Shown here piece after piece: positions 29,329 through 39,178 of a stretch of DNA of 64,000 nt. Source of the DNA: a virus (taxonomy: Duplodnaviria; Caudoviricetes); the IMG/VR virus record IMGVR_UViG_3300019872_000002, positions 1-64,000 of that record; one strand, 5' to 3'. Numbering within the stretch: the first letter of the stretch is position 1; every line of letters begins with the position of its first letter. Position numbers and translations under genes: made by a program. The notes beneath the pieces were generated by a model that was not told the origin of the DNA, searched no databases, and was given only the letters and a program-made list of their open reading frames with translations.

Positions 29329-31217
29329 ATTTTATAATTAAAATCTATTCCTAAATAAGCTTCCCCTTTACCAGGGAAGTATGTAAAAAAATCCTTTCCA
29401 CCTGCATCATTATAAGCAGAAGCTTGGTTGACAAATATAGTCTTTACTTTACTGCCTATTGCAGCTGACAACATCTGATCATAAGTATCTACGATTAGTA
29501 TATCATCTTGAACTGATGAGCCTGTAACATTCTGATATACCCCCCAAATAAATTCTCCATCATAAAATGCAATCTCGCTTGTCACTAAACCTGCTGAATT
29601 AACACTTACAATTTTATTTGTCTCACTTGGAGTAGAGCCTACCCTATAAATAATACTTCCTGATCTTACTATATATAAAACAAACTTATTTGCTAACTCA
29701 GGTATAGATTGCGTAAAGCTTCCTGTTGTAGTTGTGTATTGGGCTGACTGTCTTGTTATTGAATTTCCAATAGCATTATCAACTTCTTCTTTATTGTAGT
29801 AATTAGATAAATTTGATGGTATTCCTCTTTCAACAATATATGTATTGTCTTGAAGTATATCAAAAAATTTGTCAGTTGTTTTATTATAAAGCCTCTCTCC
29901 AACTAAAAATTCATTAAAAATATTTCTATCCGAGTCAATAAAATAGTTACCCGTACTATCAGCAATCCATACAGATCCATCTCTTAAATCATATATTTCA
30001 TTTAATCCATCATTTATTTCAATATCCTTATAAAAAGATAAAGCCTGACTTTGAGCCATATAACCATAGCTACAAGACCCCTTAAATTTAGATAATAAAG
30101 AATTTGAATTTAGATCTATTTCTATAGGAAATCTAAGTGAGCCTTTTCCTGTTGGAGAATCAGACATTTCTGATGTTCTCACAGTAATGATATCACCATC
30201 TCTAACAACTTCTATATCTACTTCTCTTGAAGTAGGAGAAACAAACCAATTACTAAAAGCAGGATCAGTCCATACAGCAGAACTATTATCACTAATAACA
30301 GTCTGATCCACCTTTCCAAAGTTATAAATAACATAATATTTAAGAGAAATATTATCTCTATTTCTTACTACAGATAGTGTATGCTGATTAGGAATAGTTG
30401 GTGAAGTAGTATCAATATCCCAGTTATAATCTGCTGGATCAAGGCCAAATGCAGCATTTGGAACTAAATCATTTATATCTTCAAAAAAAGCTATTACTAA
30501 ACCTACTCTATCATTATCAACTGCTGATGCCCCAACAGTGGCTTTATGTCTATATTTTTTAAGTTTTACTTTAGATACTAAACCAATTGCTGGTCCAGTA
30601 TTATATGTTGAAGAAAACAAATCATTTATCGAATCATAAGACCATGAATTTGTATGTGGTGGATAACCTGGTATAATATTACTTAATGTAAGCGAATCAG
30701 GAAGATCACTAGTGGTATATCCATGAGCAAACCTACCAAAAGTATTAAATACATCCTGCTGGCTAACAAATGTATTTAAAGCATTAGCTAAGTCAATATC
30801 ATTATCAACAAATGCACCTATACGTAGTGAAGGACGTGTATCAAAAGTATTTGTCCCTTCTGTTATAACTCGGATAATATCACCTACATTTCCTACAGGT
30901 AAATTATTTGGAATTTTAAGGACTAAGTTTTCATTTTCATAGCCATCTTTCCACCAGTATTCTTGATTATTACCACCTTCAATATATCCATTTGGTAAAA
31001 GTGTTCCTCCTGTATTGATTACAAGCGGCTCATGACCTCTCCTATCATCTTCTAAAGGCAAGCTTAAACAAGCCTCTTCTATACTTAAAAACTGTCTCCA
31101 TCTGAATGTACCGCCTGTTTTATCGTAGTAATATCTACGCCCTACACTAGGCTTCCCCCGTAAGCTATAAGGCTTATTTGAAGACGTACCATCAGAAGGA
31201 TTATATATATCTGCCAT
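29325..31217 (-). CDS. Virion structural / tail-associated protein with possible lectin-like beta-sandwich
   Basis: 630-aa ORF among tail genes; DNDRVGLVIAF...GYMAQSQ suggests a concanavalin-like fold (inference). Confidence 0.55.
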   Translation of the reverse strand: MADIYNPSDGTSSNKPYSLRGKPSVGRRYYYDKTGGTFRWRQFLSIEEACLSLPLEDDRRGHEPLVINTGGTLLPNGYIEGGNNQEYWWKDGYENENLVLKIPNNLPVGNVGDIIRVITEGTNTFDTRPSLRIGAFVDNDIDLANALNTFVSQQDVFNTFGRFAHGYTTSDLPDSLTLSNIIPGYPPHTNSWSYDSINDLFSSTYNTGPAIGLVSKVKLKKYRHKATVGASAVDNDRVGLVIAFFEDINDLVPNAAFGLDPADYNWDIDTTSPTIPNQHTLSVVRNRDNISLKYYVIYNFGKVDQTVISDNSSAVWTDPAFSNWFVSPTSREVDIEVVRDGDIITVRTSEMSDSPTGKGSLRFPIEIDLNSNSLLSKFKGSCSYGYMAQSQALSFYKDIEINDGLNEIYDLRDGSVWIADSTGNYFIDSDRNIFNEFLVGERLYNKTTDKFFDILQDNTYIVERGIPSNLSNYYNKEEVDNAIGNSITRQSAQYTTTTGSFTQSIPELANKFVLYIVRSGSIIYRVGSTPSETNKIVSVNSAGLVTSEIAFYDGEFIWGVYQNVTGSSVQDDILIVDTYDQMLSAAIGSKVKTIFVNQASAYNDAGGKDFFTYFPGKGEAYLGIDFNYKI

Positions 31218-32047
31218 TATACGGTGAATTGAAGTGAGTAATTAGCTGAATCAAATGAAAATATATCCCTACTACCGATGATGTCTCTGCCTCCTGCAAT
31301 AACTTGGGCTTTCATAGCCCCATCTGGAACAGTTCCGTAATTAAATATAGAGTTAAACCAATTGGTTTTATCAGGTTCAGTAGAAGGTTGTGACCATACA
31401 ATATATTTATTGTTAGAGGCTATTCCGAAAGGTACATTGATTTCTGTAGCCCCTTGAGTTACATTGAAAGTGTTAGGTAATACCGCAGTAGCCAAATCAG
31501 GTTCGGTATCAAAAGCACCCCATCTGATCTGAACTGTTTGTGCTAAACCTGTTAATGTAACCGTATCGCTTGCAGTAAGTCCGTTCTGATCAGTTACAGT
31601 TACTTTTAGAACAAAGTTACCTACCCCGAAGCTTGAAGCCGTTACAGAAGCTGTAGTCGTGTTTGCCAGTGTAATTGATCCACCTGATACCTTCTCCCAT
31701 AAATAGCCAACAATAGGCGAAGAACCCGGTGTAGCAACAGCTGTAAAAATAGCTGTACCGTCAACCGTTACGCTTTGATTTGCACCTGCATCTACCGTAG
31801 GTGGGGTAGCCTGTTGGTTTCCAATGATCAAAAGCATAGACTGATAATTAGCCTCAGCAATGTCGCTAACAGTCGGTTTGGTTATTTCCCATTCCAAGCT
31901 CTTTATAAGGTCGCCAAGGAATAAATAGTTTGCAGGAGTACAAGTATAGCATCCGCGCTTTAAGTCGGCTATATGCTCTGCATTTAGGCCAGAGTAATAA
32001 GCTTTACCCCTGATCAGGTCTGCTGTTATTTCGGCTACAGTACTCAT
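31217..32047 (-). CDS. Structural protein with PKD/Ig-like domain
   Basis: PTVDAGANQSV...YLWEKVSGG...FVLKVTVTDQNGLTASDTVTLT. Confidence 0.75.
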   Translation of the reverse strand: MSTVAEITADLIRGKAYYSGLNAEHIADLKRGCYTCTPANYLFLGDLIKSLEWEITKPTVSDIAEANYQSMLLIIGNQQATPPTVDAGANQSVTVDGTAIFTAVATPGSSPIVGYLWEKVSGGSITLANTTTASVTASSFGVGNFVLKVTVTDQNGLTASDTVTLTGLAQTVQIRWGAFDTEPDLATAVLPNTFNVTQGATEINVPFGIASNNKYIVWSQPSTEPDKTNWFNSIFNYGTVPDGAMKAQVIAGGRDIIGSRDIFSFDSANYSLQFTV

Positions 32048-32298
32048 GCGCTTAAAAAGGTGTAAAGTATGATGTAAACTGATTTGACTCCATCCTTGTA
32101 GCGAGTAGTATTACCGTTAGCTTCATCGATTACAATGCTTGTCATGAGCGGAGTAACCTGAGCCTTGATATCTTTCTCCTTAGCATTTCCACAGCAACCA
32201 CACTGATACACCAAGTCGCTGAACATATCGTTGTTTGTGTCGTTAACCTGAGTATAATCCAAGGTAGTCGAATCGAAGTCGTATTTCGGATAGGTCAT
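32044..32298 (-). CDS. Hypothetical protein
   Basis: First ORF after the promoter box at 32315. Confidence 0.6.
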   Translation of the reverse strand: MTYPKYDFDSTTLDYTQVNDTNNDMFSDLVYQCGCCGNAKEKDIKAQVTPLMTSIVIDEANGNTTRYKDGVKSVYIILYTFLSA

Positions 32299-32314
32299 GG
32301 CGTTTTATTTTTAC

Positions 32315-32322
32315 CAAATGTA
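32315..32322 (-). promoter_or_regulatory. TAnnTTTG promoter box (TACATTTG)
   Basis: Exact match in the intergenic gap. Confidence 0.65.
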
Positions 32323-32337
32323 GCTATTTGCTGTACA

Positions 32338-32367
32338 ATAAAAAAGGATGGCCGTTTTGACCATCCT
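32338..32367 (-). terminator. Intrinsic terminator after the large ejection protein
   Basis: AGGATGG/CCATCCT stem followed by TTTTT on the minus strand. Confidence 0.7.
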
Positions 32368-32372
32368 GTACT

Positions 32373-35300
32373 TTATTCATTTTTCTCATTCATCTTCTTG
32401 ACTGCATCATCTATGATCTTGTCCATTTCAGCTGGACTAAGCTTTCTATTCTGTGTACCCTCCGGCCTAAGCCCTAAATAATCGATCAACCCACCTTTAT
32501 AAAATCCATTGAAGAATCCTGAAGTATTATAGTCAAATGTCAATGTTTTCTTTCCTTGGAGTCCTCGTCCTATGTTTTGTAAATCCCTTGTAAACCTCCA
32601 TGGCACAATAGGTGTAGACAGTCTGCTACCAATCAAATCTCCCATAACACCAGTCCCTTTGTTAATTCCAGACTCTTTACCAGAAGAAAGCTCTTTTACG
32701 CCACCCACTAATTTCTTGCCTTCATCAAAAGCTCCTACTTTAATGTTAAGTAGTTGAGCAAAATAATCTGACATTTTCTTATTCTTAATAGACAGCATTA
32801 AAACTAACATTTGTGGTGATACGGTATTGAAATATTTCCTAGCCCATTCATTCTTCTTAAGCCACTTGTTAAGTGTCTCATCAGAGTTTGTACTTTTTAC
32901 CGCAGCAAATGTTAGCAATGAAGCCATAGCCCCAACCATAACACGAGTGTTTGAATTTTTAGACTTCAAATTGACCATTAACGATTTCTCAATATTTCTT
33001 ACTCCTTCCTCAGTAGTTAAATCCAATTTGTTGTCTCTTTTCTTAGCGTAATCAGCTAAAGGAGAAATAAAATCAACACCACTCTTTTGCATTGTCAATA
33101 TGATCCAGTTTGTTCCACCTCCAACAAAAGGATTCAAAACATTCCTAGATATAATTGAAGTAAACGTGTAAGCTGCAGCTTCATTCCATTTCTTTTCCTT
33201 AATGGCTTTTTGAATTTTTGTTTCTACAGCCGAACTAGCATTGGATACCATAGAAGAAATAGGATTGTTAGCCTCATGCCCCATATCAAAACCTGCTGCT
33301 GTATACGCTGCTTCATATGATGCTTCTATTTCCTCAATTGTAAGCTTTTTATCTTGCAATAGCCCGTCTTTAACCAAATCTGACGCTAACCTCGTAACAG
33401 ATTGCTTATTGTCAGGAATTATAGCCTTACCTGCTTGAAGATTAGCCTTCTTGATAATATCCTCTGCTGTCCCTTGAGCCTGCTCAAATTTAGTTCCTGT
33501 CAATTGTTCTGAAACATATTTGATAGCTTCTTCTTTGCTCATGCGGTTAGGATTATTTCGATCAGTCAAAACCTTAATCAAATTGTAAGTAAAGTATTTC
33601 TCCGTCAAAGCCGATTTGTGCATACTATCAGCCCCTTCCAAATATGACTTACCTAATGCTGCAGAAAGTATCGTATGATATACCTTACTTGTGGACTGCC
33701 TATTTAACCATTCCTCAGTTCTACTTCTGGTAATGAAAGGAGTAGTTATATCACCATACGCTAATCCACCGTTCCTAACGGCATCTTCGTAAATAGCCCT
33801 GGCAATTTCAGAACGATTAGCATTTAAAGCTTTCGTATCAACCTTATCAAACGAAAATCCTATTTTAGTGAACGTACGTTGTATTGCTCCTGATAGCGGA
33901 TTCTCAATAAACTGCTTTACTGATTGCAACATCCCTCTTTGAGCCATACCCATATACTCTTTAACCATGGTAGCAGCCTTGAATATCCCATTTGATTGAT
34001 TCCATGCAACTTCACTTAGTAGAGCTTCTATTTGGAAATTTAAATTCCTGATAGCATGTTTCAACCCAAGCTCACTGACCTTACGCCCATCAACATTAGT
34101 CATATACAAATCTGACAAGGCATTTGCTAACGTCTTAGCCTTAAAGAAAGCCGACTGACCAATATCATTTAAGCCAAGTGCGTTATTCATCAGATAATCA
34201 TAAGTATCCGATTCTTTATCAAACAAGCCATAATTATACAATTCAGCCAATCTTCTTGCACTTGTTTTAGTCTCAGCCGGAGCTTTAGGTGTATTACGCT
34301 GATTAAGCTCATTTAAGGACTTTTCTATAACCGAAGCACGCAAAGCATTGTACTCCTTTACAAACGCGTCCTGCATCCTTAAAATGTCAGATTCAGAGTA
34401 TCCTTTATCTCTCAATGCCTCTTCAACATTTTTTTGAATATTTTCAACACTACCTTCTTCTCCAGCTAGTTTCTTCCAGTCTACAATAGCTACTTTTTCT
34501 TTTACCTTATTAGGAATGCCATCAGCATCCATAACCTCTTTACCATTAGCATCTACCTCATTTTTAGTAACTGTAATTTCCCTTCCATACCCCTTGTCAA
34601 TCAAAGCCTGTTTAATAAATTCTTTAGGAGTTGGGTCAATATTCTCAAGTAATTCCAACCTAGCCTTCTTTTCAGCTTTGAGTTTATTTATTTCAACACT
34701 GTCGTAAGGATCTTTATTATCTGCACGAGCATCTTTTTCCCCCTGATTAATTTGGCGATTGATATCCTCTATATCCGTCATTAGCTTCTTCGTGATTGCA
34801 GCCATCTTCTTAGCGTCTGTGAACGGATCAGCTTGTTTAGGTAGGTACTTATCCCTCAGTTCTGAAATAGCTCTTTCCTCGGCCTGTAATGAGGCCATTT
34901 CAGCATCTATCTCAAGGGGTTTACCCTGCGCTTTCATTTGTCGCTTCTTATCTACAATCTCCTGCTTGATATCAGCTATCCTAGCTCTGATCCTTTCTTT
35001 TGCATCAGCTAACCTCTCTGCATTTGTTTTAGGCTCTCTTTCCTTAGTTGCTCTTTTTGATCCTGTATTTACGTCAACATTTTCCTCTCTAAAACCGTCC
35101 AACATATCCTTACGGAAAGCATCTTCTTTAGCCCAATTCTTACCATAAGCCTCTTTGATTTTACTTATTCCCAATTCAATAGCATCAGCAACGCTCACTC
35201 CTGCCCTTATCGCCCCTTTAATAGTCGTAATACCAGCATCAATAATAGCTACCGGCACACCGATAGAAGCATCATAAGTCCTACTCCTAAGTTTCTTTTG

Positions 35301-38300
35301 AATCTTTGTTAGGGCTTCAATAGCTTTGTCGGCCTGCTGTCTTCTTTTTGATGGCAACTTATCATATATATTTTTAAGCTCAGCCTCGACACCTTTTTGG
35401 ATTGCCACTTCAATGTCTGGAGTAATTGTGTCCGCAGAATCTTTCTCAATATTTTCAGCTTCCTTATTAATCGAGTCAGCATCAGATTCTATTGCTTTTT
35501 GTAAATCCTTTTTTGACTGCCTTTCGGCAGATGAGAAGAACTCATTGGTAACCTGGCTAACATCGTACCCTACCCTAGCCAATTGACGAAGGATACCGTA
35601 ACCAGTCGCTATAGCAGCACTTCTCTGTTGTCTGGTAGAAATGTCCCTAACTAATTTAAGCTGCTTGTTAAGCGTTAATGCGTTCTCAGGCTCATTAAGT
35701 ATTCTACGTTCCAAATCTAATTCTAGCGAAATCGTTATCAACGATCTATTCTCGACAGAGACTCCTTTATTCTCATCAAGATATTTAATAAGCTTATTCG
35801 CGTAATCATCACCAAACTCTTCTTTTGCTTTTTCTACTACATCAGCTCCATGTTGAATTGCTTCTAAACGCTTTGTCCTTTGGTACTCTTTTTCTTTAGC
35901 ATCTAAAGTTCTTCCGGTCTCACGTTCAATATTGTTTAAGGTATTACTCACCTCTTCACTCTGAATATTCTTGTTAACTAACTTCTCGAAATCATCACTT
36001 GTTGTTTGTCGTTCAGATTTGGGAGTTACGGTTTCTTTTGCTCCTTCCTGTGGTACTGTCTCCGCAGCCACATTCTTTTGTACAGGTACAGGTTGTTCAA
36101 CTTCATTTGTTTCTGGTTTAGGTATTACGTCTTGTGGTACTTTTTCTTCTTTCGGAGTAACCTTCTCCCCTTTGATCGTATATCTTGGTTTTTTAGGTTT
36201 AGCTGTATCTGTATACTTTTTGTTTATTTCATCAATTAACTTTAATCTTTCTTTTGCACTATTAAAAGCCTCTTCACTTGCATTCTTCACTGTATTCTGA
36301 TATGTTTTTTGGATTTCAGCTAAAGCTTTAACATTTTTATTTTCGTTTATAGCATGCAAGTTATTAATGAATAAAACCTTATCCATTACAGGACTAGATT
36401 CATCAAAAGGTATCTCAAGCACGTCGCCTGTTTCAAACTTTATTCTTGTCGAATGTGGCCCTTTTGATATACTAACAACCTTACTTGTTTCTGTTTGTGA
36501 TACGTTACCTATTTCGCCAACGGTATATTTTTTTAAAACTTCTGCACCAGTGGCTTTCTCCCTACTTTTGCCTGAGCCTAAATCTTCTATGCTTTTGTCT
36601 CTGACTTTTTTTGCCTCACTTATTATTTCTGATTCTTGCTTAGCTTTCGGTACAGACTCTATTTCTGATTCTTTAGTTACCGTATTTTTAGAACTACTTG
36701 TATCTAATAAGGGTGTCTCCACCTCTACACTTCGAAGTGGGATTGCATTGTCACCAAAATATTTCTCCTTATAATTTTCAAGTAAGGTGATATCCTCTTC
36801 AATCTGGCTTTGAATCTTGTTTATCTGATCAATGGTAAGCTTTCTGGAATTAGCTTCTTTCATAGCCGTTAACTTCTTGTATTTATCATACAAGTAATCA
36901 CTAGCATCATTAACATCCTTCACGTCTATAGGTTTATCACCTTCAACACTCTCAAATGTTTTACCGACACTTGAGGGCATATCTTCCATCACATCTACAT
37001 CCTGCTCAGGGAAACGTTCTTGAAAACGAAGTACTGATTGGTCAATCTGATCTTGTAATTCCTTTTTAGCATCATCACTCAGTTTTTTAGATTGATTAGC
37101 TACTTGTTCAAGTTCTGCTTTTTCGGCAGGATCAGTTTCACGTTCAGCTTCTCTAGCATGCTGTTCGTATACCTGATCAGCCTGTTCTATATAACCATTC
37201 AATTCATCGATGTTGTCTCTGTTTTCAGCTATGTCACGGGCTTCTTGTTCGGCTTCTTCCAATTCAAATCTATCTTTTGTGATAGGCTCTTTCTTACCGT
37301 CAACCCCCAATTGTTTAAAATACTCGCCTGTCTCAGGGTCTTGGCTGAACTTAACCTTTTTGTTGGTTACAATTTCTCTCAACTTGTCGTCACTTTGCTC
37401 AAGCTTAGCGGTAAGTGTTCTTTCCTCAGGAGTACCCACCTCTGCCAATGCAGGGTCTAATGTGGCGTTCAATTCTTTTGTCCTGGCTAATTGCTCCTGC
37501 AAGTTTTCTTTACCCATTATAATATCAAGAGCATTATCATATTTCTCCTGAGAAAGTGTTTGTGGTATCTTCTTTACCGCACTGGCTACTTTGTCAATCC
37601 CAGCAATAGTTCCTTGAACATCGTCAGGAGTCCATTCTCTTTCGACTGCTAGCTGTTGAACATCCTGCTTTATTCTCTCAATATTCTGCGGCGAAGGGTC
37701 AGCTTTTACAGCCTCTACAACCTCGTTTTTAAACGGAGACTTGTCGAACATCACCCCCAAGTTATTACGCGCTCCTACGGCTGCAAATAAGGGTGCATCA
37801 ACGGTTAGGATATTAGCTATGTTTTCACCAACACTACCGTCAGGAATTTGGAAGTTCTCTTCACCAGCAAGCTTATTACTAGCTTTTTTCAACAGCGCAT
37901 CAGATAAAGTAAGTGCAGTTAAATCGCCAGACGTTTTAGCATATCCTTTAGCCAAATCTTTTAAAAATGGAACCCCTTTATTTTTGATGTTATCTGACAT
38001 TTTAACTGCAGAATCTTTAAATGCCGCTACCAATGATTCAGAAGTTAATGGTTCCCCGGATTTTGTTAGTGTTTTTATCGCATCTATTGAGGCTTCGCGT
38101 GAAGCAACATTTCTTAATCCGGATGGAAGAGTAGGAAATAAACTATGAGCATTTAGCTTTGTCATTAACACGTAGTCAGTAATCCCTTTTCCTTGAATAA
38201 ATAAATCTTCAGCACCTCTATCAAAACTAGCTCCTTCTTTTTTTAATTGCTGCACTTCTTTATAAGCATTTCCTACCCCATTCAAGTAAAAAGAAATACC

Positions 38301-39176
38301 ACCTGTAGACTCTGCGGCTATTGCAGCAGGAGCAAACTCCAACAACCCACCCACAGCAGTCATAGCCTTATCTGAACCCTGATAGTCTTCATTTAATCCT
38401 AATCTCGCAGCTTCTTTGGTAGAATCTATCAAATAATTCTTCTCTTCATCGCTAAGTAATGGTTGCCCTGTTAAAGCTTTATTTATTCTATCACTTGCAT
38501 AGACTAACGCAGGAACAATATTTGAAGCCCCTGATAAAATTTTAGAAAACCCGTATGTGATCCCCAATCCCATTCCATTTGAAAATCCATCACCATATTT
38601 AGCCTTCCAATCTGATTCTTGCCTTTTGATAGCCTCATCAGCCAAACTTTTCCTATACGCTTTTCCTTCGTTATATAGTTCAGCTTCTTCTACCGCTCTC
38701 TGTGGACTAGCATTTGTTACTTCTCTTCTTTTTTTCTCACTGAATGAATCCTCAAAGCTTTTAACTGCTTTATCAAAGTCTATTTTTCTTGCTGGCTGCT
38801 TCTTTTTAATTAACTCTGTAGGCTGAATTGTAAATGACCCACTTTGATTAAGTAGGTCATTCGGTTTAGTAATTTGGGAAGGAGGCAAGCCAACTCTTGA
38901 ATCTTGACCACCAGTTGATGAATCTTGATTTTGACCAGAGTTTTTTTTTTCACTACCGAAGTTATCAGTATAAAAGCTATCGAAATCTTTTGTCGTTAGC
39001 TCATTATCTGAGAAGAATTTATGTAACTCCTTAGCTTTTTCTGGATTTGAGTACTCTTTAACAAAAGAACTCTCATCTTTAGTTGTCAACTTATTCTTTT
39101 TCAAGAAGTCATAAATTGGGGTTTTACTCACGTCAACCGTAGTTGATTCTATTGTTGCTGTATTTAAATCTTCCAT
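32373..39176 (-). CDS. Large internal virion / DNA-ejection protein (2267 aa)
   Basis: Helical K/E/A-rich protein with hydrophobic Gly/Ala stretches, in the position typical of podovirus ejection proteins. No RNAP DxDxD/DFDID motif was seen. Confidence 0.7.
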   Translation of the reverse strand: MEDLNTATIESTTVDVSKTPIYDFLKKNKLTTKDESSFVKEYSNPEKAKELHKFFSDNELTTKDFDSFYTDNFGSEKKNSGQNQDSSTGGQDSRVGLPPSQITKPNDLLNQSGSFTIQPTELIKKKQPARKIDFDKAVKSFEDSFSEKKRREVTNASPQRAVEEAELYNEGKAYRKSLADEAIKRQESDWKAKYGDGFSNGMGLGITYGFSKILSGASNIVPALVYASDRINKALTGQPLLSDEEKNYLIDSTKEAARLGLNEDYQGSDKAMTAVGGLLEFAPAAIAAESTGGISFYLNGVGNAYKEVQQLKKEGASFDRGAEDLFIQGKGITDYVLMTKLNAHSLFPTLPSGLRNVASREASIDAIKTLTKSGEPLTSESLVAAFKDSAVKMSDNIKNKGVPFLKDLAKGYAKTSGDLTALTLSDALLKKASNKLAGEENFQIPDGSVGENIANILTVDAPLFAAVGARNNLGVMFDKSPFKNEVVEAVKADPSPQNIERIKQDVQQLAVEREWTPDDVQGTIAGIDKVASAVKKIPQTLSQEKYDNALDIIMGKENLQEQLARTKELNATLDPALAEVGTPEERTLTAKLEQSDDKLREIVTNKKVKFSQDPETGEYFKQLGVDGKKEPITKDRFELEEAEQEARDIAENRDNIDELNGYIEQADQVYEQHAREAERETDPAEKAELEQVANQSKKLSDDAKKELQDQIDQSVLRFQERFPEQDVDVMEDMPSSVGKTFESVEGDKPIDVKDVNDASDYLYDKYKKLTAMKEANSRKLTIDQINKIQSQIEEDITLLENYKEKYFGDNAIPLRSVEVETPLLDTSSSKNTVTKESEIESVPKAKQESEIISEAKKVRDKSIEDLGSGKSREKATGAEVLKKYTVGEIGNVSQTETSKVVSISKGPHSTRIKFETGDVLEIPFDESSPVMDKVLFINNLHAINENKNVKALAEIQKTYQNTVKNASEEAFNSAKERLKLIDEINKKYTDTAKPKKPRYTIKGEKVTPKEEKVPQDVIPKPETNEVEQPVPVQKNVAAETVPQEGAKETVTPKSERQTTSDDFEKLVNKNIQSEEVSNTLNNIERETGRTLDAKEKEYQRTKRLEAIQHGADVVEKAKEEFGDDYANKLIKYLDENKGVSVENRSLITISLELDLERRILNEPENALTLNKQLKLVRDISTRQQRSAAIATGYGILRQLARVGYDVSQVTNEFFSSAERQSKKDLQKAIESDADSINKEAENIEKDSADTITPDIEVAIQKGVEAELKNIYDKLPSKRRQQADKAIEALTKIQKKLRSRTYDASIGVPVAIIDAGITTIKGAIRAGVSVADAIELGISKIKEAYGKNWAKEDAFRKDMLDGFREENVDVNTGSKRATKEREPKTNAERLADAKERIRARIADIKQEIVDKKRQMKAQGKPLEIDAEMASLQAEERAISELRDKYLPKQADPFTDAKKMAAITKKLMTDIEDINRQINQGEKDARADNKDPYDSVEINKLKAEKKARLELLENIDPTPKEFIKQALIDKGYGREITVTKNEVDANGKEVMDADGIPNKVKEKVAIVDWKKLAGEEGSVENIQKNVEEALRDKGYSESDILRMQDAFVKEYNALRASVIEKSLNELNQRNTPKAPAETKTSARRLAELYNYGLFDKESDTYDYLMNNALGLNDIGQSAFFKAKTLANALSDLYMTNVDGRKVSELGLKHAIRNLNFQIEALLSEVAWNQSNGIFKAATMVKEYMGMAQRGMLQSVKQFIENPLSGAIQRTFTKIGFSFDKVDTKALNANRSEIARAIYEDAVRNGGLAYGDITTPFITRSRTEEWLNRQSTSKVYHTILSAALGKSYLEGADSMHKSALTEKYFTYNLIKVLTDRNNPNRMSKEEAIKYVSEQLTGTKFEQAQGTAEDIIKKANLQAGKAIIPDNKQSVTRLASDLVKDGLLQDKKLTIEEIEASYEAAYTAAGFDMGHEANNPISSMVSNASSAVETKIQKAIKEKKWNEAAAYTFTSIISRNVLNPFVGGGTNWIILTMQKSGVDFISPLADYAKKRDNKLDLTTEEGVRNIEKSLMVNLKSKNSNTRVMVGAMASLLTFAAVKSTNSDETLNKWLKKNEWARKYFNTVSPQMLVLMLSIKNKKMSDYFAQLLNIKVGAFDEGKKLVGGVKELSSGKESGINKGTGVMGDLIGSRLSTPIVPWRFTRDLQNIGRGLQGKKTLTFDYNTSGFFNGFYKGGLIDYLGLRPEGTQNRKLSPAEMDKIIDDAVKKMNEKNE

Positions 39177-39178
39177 TT

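Noticed and set aside
32572-38826. Numerous + strand ORFs of 60-135 aa opposite the large ejection gene (and similar antisense ORFs elsewhere)
   Set aside because: These are shadow frames of a long coding sequence, with S/L/F-rich composition and no promoter or operon context.
38941-38950. T10 homopolymer in the large ejection gene as a frameshift site
   Set aside because: The reading frame stays open through it (SEKKNSG).
32373-39176. Virion RNA polymerase call for the 2267-aa protein
   Set aside because: No DxDxD/DFDID catalytic motif was found; composition and position fit a plain ejection protein.
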